A stretch of 64,000 nt of DNA, from positions 99,200,001 through 99,264,000 of the forward strand of contig OX597816.1 of the NCBI GenBank assembly GCA_951406725.2, read 5' to 3'. The notes below the pieces were generated by a model. It was not told the DNA's origin. It ran no database searches and saw only the letters and a program-made list of their open reading frames with translations. Source of the stretch: Octopus vulgaris. Its lineage: Eukaryota. Both the position numbers and the translations under genes were made by a program. This document shows, piece after piece, positions 40,832 through 52,220 of the stretch. The number at the start of each line of letters is the position of its first letter. Positions within the stretch are counted from its first letter, which is position 1.

Positions 40832-40939
40832 CCTGCTCGCTTAGCCAGCGGGGTGGCGTCATTCGAAGGCTAAAACAATGCGAACGCATTGTGACCAGCG
40901 ATGTGTAGCAACATCTGATGGTCTGGTCGGTCAAGTGAT

Positions 40940-40946
<7 letters not shown>
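40828..40946 (+). mobile_element. Isolated 3' tail of the tRNA(Arg)-like SINE, inserted in (TA)n
   Basis: TTGGCCTGCTCGCTTAGCCAGC...TGATCACGTGA, flanked by long (TA)n tracts on both sides. Confidence 0.85.
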
Positions 40947-40986
<40 letters not shown>

Positions 40987-40988
40987 CA

Positions 40989-41020
<32 letters not shown>

Positions 41021-41538
41021 CCCACACACACATATGCATGTGTGTGTGCGCGCGTGCGTATTTGTTCGTTCCTCTATATATATAATGTATGTTTTAGTTA
41101 TTTGAATTTTTCTAATATTTTCTAGTTCCTAACAAAGAAAAGGTCTTCAAGTTTGATTGTATAACCTTAGAATTGCCTATTTCTATGATAGTGCCTTTGA
41201 ATCTGATTCGGTGTAAGTGTGCTCAGCTAATATAAGATTAACCAACAAAGAAACCATAGAAACCAGTCATATATTTATTTTTTACATCAACAAGACACAT
41301 CCTTTGATGTGTAGAATAATTCTCTGTGATGAATTCATTAATTTCGTAGTTTTGATGGACTTTTTTTTACCCAATTTGATTGGAAATTTGCATTCGTTTG
41401 GCTTGAAACACAACGCTGCAGTTTTCAGTCCCTCATTGCTGTTATCACTATTTATCTAGAGGTCAGTTCTAAATAAGCGTAACAATTAACACAAGACAGT
41501 TCAACAGTGATTATCAAGTCATTCTGAAATTGAGATAT

Positions 41539-41986
41539 ATTGTACTGTTGCAAATGCATACACTGCATTTATTCATGTCACTGATTAATTTGCGCAGAAA
41601 AATCATTAGTACGAGAACATCTCATCTTTGCCCATTGAAAACCTATCTAAAATAAAGTTTCTATACGATCGCAGTAGCGGTCCGAAATTGCAGCGTTAAT
41701 CTCCTCAAATAAAGCTCGCTCTTGTTAAAACAAGCATATTAATTTAACGACAAGCATATTACTTTAAAACAAGCATATTAATTTAATATGCTTGTTTTAA
41801 TAAGAGCGAGCTTTATTTGGGGAGATTAAAGCTGCAATTTCGGACCGCTGCTGCGATCGTGTAGAAAGTTTATTTTAGATAGGTTTCCAATGGGCAAAGA
41901 TGAAATGTTCTTATACTAATGATTTTTCTGCGCAAATTCATCAGTGACATGAATATATGCAGTGTATGCATTTGCAACAGAACAAT
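41539..41986. repeat. Approximately 450-bp fold-back palindrome (MITE-like)
   Basis: Arms of about 200 bp are reverse complements, for example CTGTTGCAAATGCATACACTGCAT / ATGCAGTGTATGCATTTGCAACAG. The centre is AAAACAAGCATATTAA-T-TTAATATGCTTGTTTT. Confidence 0.95.
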
Positions 41987-43402
41987 CACGAACTTTAAAT
42001 ATTTTCATACGTACAGCGAAAACTAATACAGCACTAAGTTATAAATGAGTATGTACATGTTTAAGCGTGGAGGCGTGTTTCAATGAATGTAGGTATGCAT
42101 ACAAGTATTCAAATACATATATCAATTTCTGCTGTTGACGCCATCAAAATTATCAATATTTTCGTGAAGGTGTGAAACTGTAATGAATTTTGAACGATAA
42201 CTGATGTGGAAAGGGAATTTCCAAGAATAATGTGTAAACTTTTCGTTTATTCCTTTGACGTCCTTTTGTTAATTTTTTTAATATTATTTAATTTAATGCC
42301 ACGCTCTTTCTTATCTTCACTCATTTTGGAATCTTTTTATTCACCTCTTTGTCTTTCTCTCTCTTTTCCTCTCCCTTGCTCTGAGCACACTACCTTCATT
42401 AGCTTTCTTTCTAATTTCTCCTCTCTGACCTTTTTCTTCCATTCTATCTGTTTTTCTTTCTTTCTATTTGCCACTTTCTCCTTTTACTTTGCTTCCATCT
42501 CTACCCCGGCCTTTTTTCTCTGCCGTTCATCATTGTTCTCTCACTCTCTCTTTTCTGCTCTCGGTATCTCCTTCCAGCCCCTTTTCTCCACTTGACCGCT
42601 AACTTGTACAGTCAAGCTTCTTCTGACAATAGTGTCCTTCTTAACCTCCAGCACTGGGTTCGTTTTGTTCCGCCTTTCGTTCTACTCATGTCTAACTTCT
42701 CATCTCTCCTCTTTCCTTCCATTGATATAGGACATCATTTTCCATTGCGTTACTTTTGTCTTGTCTGAATGTTGCATAAGAGCCGTACAGCTTTTATTTT
42801 GTTTGTATATTTATATTTGCGACACCTACCTGTGCTATGTTCGCTCATTATTTCCAGCAGCTTTTGATGCTTTGCCACCGAAATGAACAATGTTATCGTT
42901 AAAAGCATGAAACTGTAAAATTATAATGATTTTAGGAGATAACTGACGTGGAAAGAGCACGTTCGTATGTTGTAAGGTTTCTGTTTCTTCTTTTGACTTC
43001 CCTCCGTTTGTGCATATACACACACACACATATACATATGTGTGTGCATGTGTCTGTGAGTGTGTCTCCATGTGTGCGTGCGCGTGTGTTAGTTTGTACG
43101 TATATGTGTCAACCTCATCAGCATTTGAACTCACAACATAAAGTCGGAAGGAACAAGAATCAAACGATAATATAATTGAAAAGAAGAAATGAAATACGTG
43201 TCCTCCCTCGTTACGGTCTACGACAGATTATGAGAGCCAGAGAAGTAATTATAAGCATGCGGGAAACTATTGGCAGGTAGAGGGGTTACCGATTATTTAA
43301 GCAGGGAAACCTAAATAACTATTCACTATTAATATACAGTAAATATATATATATATATATATGAATGTATGTACGCATATATATATATAAAACTATACAC
43401 AC

Positions 43403-43665
43403 ACAAAATTAAGAGGAATGACCACCAAAGTGGAGTCCTAATATGCTAAATATAGATGTCAAATCGCTATTACCACTAAGAGTGTGTCCTCAAGAAAAAT
43501 TTTGGTAAAACGCCAAAATGTACAAATGAGCAAGACAATTGAAAATATACGTGGTGGTCATTCCTCTTAATTTTGTATGTAATACAATTTTTAATCTTCG
43601 GATTTTTAAATATGCTAAGCCACTGGTTTTAATTGATTAACATCAATTTCTACCCCGATTATTTA
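43403..43665. mobile_element. Repeat in (TA)n with a perfect 25-bp inverted duplication (PLE-type inverted terminus, inferred)
   Basis: ACAAAATTAAGAGGAATGACCACCA at 43403-27 and its reverse complement at 43552-76. The distal end resembles 14962-15030. Confidence 0.65.
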
Positions 43666-43816
43666 ATTATATATATATATATATATGTAAGTAAATATTT
43701 AAATGTTGTGTATGTTTCCATTAGTAAACCGATGAGGCACGTTCACTGATGTCATCCAGGATATACATACAATTATCGCTAGATCTGCGATCTACATCGG
43801 AAATCCCCTTCTAACA

Positions 43817-43901
43817 TCACCTGAGGGATGCACCACATCCAGTTGTATAATATTCCACCCGCGAGGGAGAGATGCAGGATGCGTTGAAATGACCGTTGTG
43901 A
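43817..43901 (+). ncRNA. Degenerate type I hammerhead relic
   Basis: TCAC-CTGAGGG-ATGCA...TGCGT-T-GAAA-TGACC-GTT-GTGA. Stems I and II are recognisable and core A9 is mutated. Confidence 0.4.
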
Positions 43902-44799
43902 GCAATAAGGTTTCTTGTATATTCCATTTTCCGTCTCTATGATAGTTATGTACATATAATTACTTTAAATTATAAATGCTAATTTAAAGATTTGAACACT
44001 AGAAAAATTTAGGTAGTAGTAACATGTTTGGGTCTTTATTTACCTCACATCGACTGTTCCATTCATACTTAAGTGCCACTAGTTTAGGATTACGATATTA
44101 ATCCTGAGTAAATATAATATATTTTTAATATACAAAATTGTAAAGACCCTATGCTCGCACACTTTCTGACTTATTGGAGCTACACAGTTGCATTCTTCAA
44201 CCAAACCTTTCATTTATATAAAGCTCTATTTATCTTGCATAAATGTATAGCCATTAAAATCTACACTTACTATTAGAAGCAATCATCTTTTTCTAACTTC
44301 AAAATCATGTGATTGTTAAAATACCTTGTTACTATAATTTGAAACATCACTGACACATCATTGTTTCGTGCATCATTGCTTATAACATTAGCCCCTTTCC
44401 TCAGCGTTAATTTTGTTATTGTTTATCCCTCATAAACCCCCAAACATTATCAGTTTTTAGTAAACATACTTTCACTATAATTTAGCTATTGTACTGAAAT
44501 CATATAATTCTGTTGTGAAAAGCATACGAGCTTTGATAATTACTTCTGCTTTGTGACTCAACAGTTAGTCGAAAGTTTAACTTGAATTTATCTATTATTT
44601 TGATACCATTTTTCATATTTACCACACGGAGTGGTAGGGGTTGTTAATGTCCAAACCTTACGCTTCATTAGGCTTACGACTTTTACAATACATACTTTTA
44701 TTTTCACTTAAGCTTTCAATGTGTGTATATCCGTTTTCTACCTTAGCCTATTTGCTAAAATATTTTTACGCCTTAATTCTCGACTTCATACATTATTAT

Positions 44800-44844
<45 letters not shown>

Positions 44845-44845
<1 letters not shown>

Positions 44846-45254
44846 TAATAAATAAAACATATGCATATATACATACATATATGTACGTAACTACCTCTAC
44901 ATATACATGCATATATGGGTACAGGACACCAAAAAAACGTCGAACACAATGAGCAACGAAAACATAAACACAAAACCAAGGAAATGGACATTTTTCTTAG
45001 ACAACGAAAAAATAGAGTACAGGACATACAAAACAAGGAAAATTCCCCTTCTTCAGTCGCCTTTGTTTCATCTACTCCACGTTTCGAAGGTCAAGGCGAT
45101 ACATGACTTTAATGAAACTTTCCTTCCCGCGAAATTCAAATTAAATAAAATTCGAGATTTTTTTGCGGAGGGGTAAAAATAGTAACAAAAACAGGACAGT
45201 AACGACAGTACAAAATATAAACAGTAAAATACAGGACACGGAGAATAACAGTAA

Positions 45255-45260
<6 letters not shown>
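44845..45260 (-). mobile_element. Non-coding interspersed repeat between (TA)n tracts, hosting hammerhead-like copy B (PLE-derived, inferred)
   Basis: Sharp boundaries at the microsatellites, strand-biased composition, and the ribozyme-like motif inside. Confidence 0.55.
45045..45173 (-). ncRNA. Putative permuted, doubly pseudoknotted hammerhead-like ribozyme (copy B)
   Basis: Minus strand: CCCCU ccgc...gcgg GAAGG aaa GUUUCAUU aaag UCAUGUA^ UCGCCUU ga CCUUC GAAACGUGG agua GAUGAAAC a AAGGCGA CUGAAGA AGGGG. The topology is the same as copy A with different stem sequences. Confidence 0.78.
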
Positions 45261-45341
<81 letters not shown>

Positions 45342-45641
45342 TATTCATACCTATATCAATACATGCACACACACCTATATGTGGATGTAAGAGTGCGATT
45401 AATAGAATATTTTAAAGCACCACTGAATTTGTAGCCGAATAATATAAATCTTGAAACAAGCAGAAGTGAGATTAGCGATTGTTAGAACCTTTAATTTCTT
45501 TTAATTCTTTCTTTTTAGAATGACATACTGTTTTTCAAAATTTCAAAATAATCTTACCGTCTCATGTAAATCAAACTTTCCAATATTACGCATTGCTTGG
45601 TCATGTGCCAAAAATTGAAACCAATATTACGCATTGCGATA

Positions 45642-45840
45642 AGACGGTGAGCTGGCAGAATCGTTACTGTGCCGGACAAAATATTTAGCGACATGTTCTT
45701 CCGGCTTTACGTTCAAATGTCACCGAGGTCAACTTTGCTTTTCATTCTTTCGGAGTCGATGAAAGAATTACTTGTTAAGCACTAGGGTTGATGGAATCGA
45801 CTTCCCTCGAAATTGCTGGGTTTGTGCCAAAATTTGAGAC
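45642..45840 (+). mobile_element. Diverged MetaSINE-like SINE
   Basis: GGTGAGCTGGCAGAATCGTTA...GTTCAAATGTCACCGAGGTCAACTTTGCTTTTCATTCTTTCGGAGTCGATG. Flanked by the direct repeat CCAATATTACGCA. Confidence 0.75.
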
Positions 45841-46262
45841 CAATATTACGCACGGCTACGTCTCCATAATCAGTATATTTTTGGTCACTATTAACTCATC
45901 AGTCATACCTATAACAAGACACACAGACATAAAATTTACTTTTCCCTTAAGATAAGATCAGCAAAAATATGATTCCATCTGGTGACAGATCAATAGTTTG
46001 ATGGACACAGTATATAGGATTATTCATTTAAGTCTACTGGTTGAACTACAGCAACGTTATAAGAATTGTCTTATATTTATTAGAGAATTACTCTATTCAT
46101 TGATGAAGAGCTTTCACATTTAATTTTACTATGTAAATTTTGACATCGACGCCGAAATTTTGTTTCCTTTGGCTTCGTCAGGCTAACCATTTATTTATGT
46201 ATGTGGTTGTGTTTATGCGGATATAGACAGACAGGCAGATATATAGATAAATAAACAGACAA

Positions 46263-46345
<83 letters not shown>

Positions 46346-46816
46346 TGGCACTCTCAGTTTACGACATGGTTTCTGCGTGCTGCATTCTACTACTCCTCGA
46401 ACGTATATCGGATAACCTGTAATATGTCATAAATTACATAAAAGAAGAATTGACACATAATCTTATGTCAGTTATATTTTGATAAAAAAACTACCTGTTC
46501 TTTTAGACGTTAGAAATTGATCTTCGAACACACCACGTTTTGTTGTGTATATGCGCCACGTCTTGTTATGAATATGATATGCCATAATATATTCTTTCTG
46601 TTCAAAACACATTCGCTCACAGACACATACGAATATATATATAATTATTCACAGATATGTATTCGTATATTTCATTCTCAACTACTCATACCTACATTAC
46701 TATTAATAATGTTATTAAAATCCCACTCCACACCTAAAAAGTAGAATATTTGTTGGCTACATTGTAAATTCTCGTACAGATATATGTGCGTTAAAACGAT
46801 TAAAAGTGTGTGTGTG

Positions 46817-46905
<89 letters not shown>

Positions 46906-47259
46906 TCTCGCATATATGATTTAACATAACGAATTGGAATTGCAATCATGAACTCCCCCAAAACATATGACAGACCAACGGAAACCAAAATAAAACAGAA
47001 TAAAATAGCAAGTTAGATGATAGATTAACTTTATACCTATTGCTTATTCTTTCCCACTTCCCAAGCATGATCAATAAAACTTTGAAGTGACATTGTGTAA
47101 AAGTGAAATTATTGCCCAAAGAAAATGTTTTGCACGATCTCTTCAGCAACCACGAAGATAATACGTGCATTAAAATCGTCAAAATCTCATTTCAGTATTT
47201 CAATAGAACCGAAAAAGTTGAGCTGAAAATTAAAGAAAACACGAAATTCTTGTAAACAA

Positions 47260-47670
47260 GACGAAAAATCGAAATTGTACGGGTCAAGGAGTGCGGCAAA
47301 CATTCTGACCCTGTTCTAACCGATCGGAAGCAGCTACAACAGATTGATAACTACCAACAAGCATCTAGAAATACATTAGCTTCGCCATCTGACTTCATTC
47401 CATCTAAAGACACTGGTTGACACCTTGGTCTTTCAAACAGGGAAGACCTTAAACTCTGCTCATATTAAGAAAACTGTAGTGCACCTCATCCCCCTCACAC
47501 ATGAGTGGAACTCAGCTAGCATGTTCACATTTGCTGCACAACGCTGCGTCTCATTGTCACATTTGACGGTTCATGTTTGGCGGAACCATTCACAACCTAG
47601 TTAGGATCGCATCACAAACTCTGGACATTCTTTTCAGGATCAAAGTATATATCAGCCCCAAAACGAGGGT
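47260..47670 (+). mobile_element. Possible decayed RTE LINE 3' coding fragment
   Basis: Weak remnants resembling the RTE ETWT...IKKL and RLRLxGH motifs. Confidence 0.35.
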
Positions 47671-47674
47671 CTCA

Positions 47675-47748
<74 letters not shown>

Positions 47749-48388
47749 AGAGAGACACACACACACACATATGCGAGATATGTAACTATATATATATGTA
47801 CATATGTATTTATTTATTTATTATACATGTGTGTGTATATATATATGTATATGAATATATGTATGCATACTTATACAGGTGTGTGTGTGTGAGCGCAATG
47901 TAGAACATTATCGTCCTCTTGAAGTGTATTAAGCCAGATTCATGATACAGTGTTGTTCTTTTTTTACTTCAGACACTCAGATTCTCCTTTTCTTAATGAT
48001 ATATTTATTTTCAACAATTCTCGATTATTGAAATAATCACCCTTTCTCAACTGCAGTTGTTTCTAATCACTACCAACCAATTTGTCTATCAGGCGTATGT
48101 AACTTGTGCCTTGAGGAAGCCTTATGCATCCTATTAAGTAATGAAAACCTGGTAAACAAGCATGCTGAGAAAATACTGGGAAGTCCGCACCGCGTCTAAT
48201 ATGCACTTTCAAGATTCAGCACTGTGAAATAATAATATTCCAGGGAACTTTCTCCCGCTTGTATTCTCCGCTATCCATGTGTGTGTGTGTCGGGTTGAAT
48301 TTCTGTCTATATAGAAATTTCTGTCTGTATATATGCATTGTAAACGCGCGTTTACAATGCATGAATGTATGCACCTACATAAGTCAAC

Positions 48389-48421
<33 letters not shown>

Positions 48422-48964
48422 GGAGAGAGAGAGAGAGTGTATGTGTGTAAGTGTGTGTATGCACACACGAGCATACGTGTATGATTATGCTTGTGAGTTT
48501 ATGTATGTACATTTATTCATATATGTGTATGTATGTGAGTGCGCGGACATATCCGCATTTGTGTGCGTGTGGGTATATCCGTATGTATGAACGTATGTGT
48601 ATATGTATACATACGTATGTATACGTATATGTAGATTTATATACATATGTATAAAGATAGATTGATAGATAGATAGATAGATAGATAGATAGACTGATAG
48701 ATATGTATATATGTATTTATGTGTGTGCGTGTGCGTTTCTATGCGTGTATGAGTCCGACCGTTGAATCTTAAAGGCCAGCTTAGGACAATCGCATGTGGA
48801 ACCAATCATGAAGAACAAATCTGCAGTACAAAGAAATAAAATACCAATCCCTTCAAAATGGCAACTACTTTAACAGGTGGAATCACCATTCCACCATATA
48901 TCAATTATATACATATATAAATAAATACACACATATGTTATATAAATATATATATATATATTGA

Positions 48965-49148
48965 TAGAAATGTTAAGACAACAAAAGGATGAAAGAGACC
49001 TCAATATTATGTAAATAGAGGAATTTATCTGTAAATGTAATATGTGACAATTATTCGGAAGCCATGATAAACCTCCGAGTTTCGGATGTCGGGTTGGAAA
49101 TCCACCCCGACATGGCTACCGAATAATTGTCACATATTACATTTTCAG

Positions 49149-49151
<3 letters not shown>
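48965..49151. mobile_element. PLE-type terminal fragment in (TA)n with a 40-bp inverted duplication and half a hammerhead
   Basis: ATCTGTAAATGTAATATGTGACAATTATTCGGAAGCCATG at 49027-66 matches the reverse complement of 49111-50 with 2 mismatches. Between them the minus strand has a stem followed by CGAAACTCGGAG, with no CUGANGA half. Confidence 0.65.
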
Positions 49152-49192
<41 letters not shown>

Positions 49193-51470
49193 GAGCGTGC
49201 GTGTGTGTGTGTAGGCAAGTCATAATTAAAAAAAAAATAGTGGAAACAGCAAAAGTCAAACGGACGCACACAGTGAATATATTAGAATGACACCCAGAAA
49301 CTGACACAGTTTACGATGGAAAAAGAAAGGGATGAGACATTTGGAACAAATCTCTTCGTCAGAAAGAGGAAAGTGGGAAATGTCCAAAATGAAGGAAAAG
49401 TCTAGTCCGTGAAAATTATGTTGATCGGTGTATGGCTGAAAAATAACTAACTGGAAATGGAGAGAGATAGTGATGTTTGAAGGCAGGTGAGTGCGAAAAT
49501 TACCTATGTTTGTGTGTGTTTTAATATATGTGCGCGTATGTGTTTGTGCTTATGTGAGTGATGTGTGTGTGTGAAGGAGCGAAGTGAATAGCTTAGTAGC
49601 AGTAGTTATCGGTCGTGAGGAGAGGTGATGTGTGTGTAAGTTCGTTGGTATTTCTCTGTGTGTACATATGAATGTGCGTGAGTGCCTATGTATGTGCATG
49701 TGTGTACGTGTGTATATATGTGCTTGTGTATGAGCGTGTGTGAGTCGGTGTTGGTGAAGAGTTTTGGTAGAATGTGTGTGTGTGGTAAATATGTTTGTAT
49801 TATTTGGGAGGTGTAAGTTATGTACATGGGTATGTGGAAGAGTGTAGAAGATAAATTTAAACTTGAAAAATTAAATTACATCAAAAGATCTTTAAAAATT
49901 TTAATTAGAATGAACTTTAAACATTTTTAAAATTAAAACTATAAAAATTAAATTTAACATAATTAATTAAATTATTCATATATTGTGTATATGCAACCAC
50001 TCAAGCAAAAAAACTACCTAGAATGTGTACAAATAGAATACCATATACCTTAGAAAATTAATCTCGCTGCTGAGGAGGTAGCAGCTCTCCAAAACTGTTA
50101 ATTTCTTGCAACTGTACAAGTCGTAGGGACTATAAGTTTGTGTTAGCGATGCAGCATAAACTTAAATGTGCTTCGAAAAGTGTTGCCCACATTCGCTTGG
50201 AATAACACTTGTTTATAAATGCCCTTTCATTTCTGTAACGTAGTCTATTGTTGTAAATCGGGAAAAATTAAATATTTCGTGGACTACTTGAAAAACAACA
50301 CTGTCCCAGTATTGTTCAAATTAAGATGTATGCTTGACTAGTACATGTCTGTGCATTGAGCTCTCTTCTTCACCTCTTTCCCATTTTTCCCCTCCCTCTT
50401 TCTCTCTCTCTCTCTCTCCCTCTGTAAATAGATATATGGATGGATGGATAGATAGATAGATAGATAGATACATACATAGCAGCACATGCACACGCACGTG
50501 GCACTCACACGTTGTATCTGTTATATATTGTGAAACATTTACGTTTTGTTGGCTAATCAACCAATAATTACCCCCGGCGCCAACTAAATTCTATCGTTTG
50601 ATTAGTGATAATTGCTCAGTACAAAATCTATTTGCTGATATAAAGGGAAGGATAAATGTATTTTTTCAGTACTATTGTATCTTATAATATAGAGTGACAG
50701 GCAATCTAGGATTTCGTGTTTATAACATTCTTGTTTATAATCGTCAGTCAAGTATGTGCTTCAGATTAGTGTTAGCTTGAAAATGAGTCTTCAGTGAAAT
50801 ATATAGCCATCTAATATGTCAAGGAGTCTACTTGTATTTCAGATTTCTTGCATCCGCCAATAAAACATTCCACACAAAAGAAATAATTAGTTAATAATAT
50901 CGCATTTGGAGGATTGAGAATAGATTAGGTTAAAATGACTGAAGATATTTGTTTGCAGTCCTTATTTTTCTCAGTTCAAGTACCGCTAAGGTTAAATTTG
51001 CTTTTCATCTTTACATGTTTGAAAAATAAGGCGTATGGAATATATTTGATCGGTTATACTCTCTGCTCTATTCAAATGGACATACTCACGTAACGACCCA
51101 ATTTTATACATATTGCAGCAGTGATGGATGCACGGCAAAATGCCATGTGGTACCAGATTACAGAATCGATTTGAAAAACAAAGTATTTTCGTTTTGCAAT
51201 TTTTGGCGTCGAAATGAGTTTCATCTTTTTTTTTGTGTGTGTGTCGACAGAGATAGATAGAGAGAGAGAGAAGGAAAGAAAGAAAGAGGAAGAAAGAAAG
51301 AAAGAAAAAATGGATAACATGGAAGTTGTGGTTTCAAAATGAAAACAAAATCTTTGATTCAATATGAGCAGTAGAGGCTTTTCAACAACCTTCTTTTTAC
51401 GTGGGTGACGACGTTTACATAAACTTTGAATGGTGTAACAATATATCATAATTATATATAGCATTATATA

Positions 51471-51960
51471 TCATCATCATCGTTTCACGTCTGCTTTACA
51501 TGCTGGCATGGGATGGATGGTTTGACTGAGGACTGGCAAGCCAGGAGGCTGCAATCAGGCTCCAGTCTGTTCTGGCATAGTTTCTACAGCTGGATGCTCT
51601 TCTTAACGCCAACCAGTCCGAGAGTGTGGCGGGTGTTTTTTTTAAGTTCCACTGGCACGGGCACCAGTCAGATTGCACTGGCATCGATCACACTCGAATA
51701 GTGCTTTTTACGTGACTCCGGCATTGGCGCGACTGATACTTGTACCGTCGGCACGTAGAAAGTACCATTCGAGCATGATCGTTACCCTTACCATCTGACT
51801 GGTGCCCGTGCCAGTGGAACTTAAAAGAACAGCCACCACACTCTCAGAATGGTTGACATTAGGAAGGGCATCCAGCTGTAGAAACCTTGCCAGACTAGAC
51901 TGGAGCCTGTTGCAGCTTCCTGGCTTGCCAGTCCTCAGTCAAACCGTCCAACGATGATGA
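51471..51960. mobile_element. Two head-to-head 3' parts of a SINE/RTE-like repeat with (ATG)n tails
   Basis: GGAAGGGCATCCAGCTGTAGAAAC...CCTGGCTTGCCAGTCCTCAGTCAAACC on + at 51860-51946, with the inverse at 51519-51605. Confidence 0.85.
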
Positions 51961-51990
51961 TATATAATGATATATATAATTATGATATAT

Positions 51991-52220
51991 ATTTCTTTAC
52001 TACCCACAAGGGGCTAAACATAGAGGGGACAAACAAGGGCGGACAAAGGGATTAAGTCGATTACATCGACCCCAGTACGTAACTGGTACTTAATTTATCG
52101 ACCCCGAAGGGATGAAAGGCAAAGTCGACCTCGGCGGAATTTGAGCTCAGAACGTAACGGTAGACGAAATACGGCTACGCATTTCGCCCGGCGCGTTAAC
52201 GTTTCTGCCATCTCGCCGCC
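51991..52220 (-). mobile_element. Young full-length tRNA-derived SINE with a MetaSINE-like central domain
   Basis: Minus strand GGCGGCGAGATGGCAGAAACG...GAGGTCGACTTTGCCTTTCATCCCTTCGGGGTCGATAAATTAAGTACCAG. Nearly identical to 60890-61110. Confidence 0.85.
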
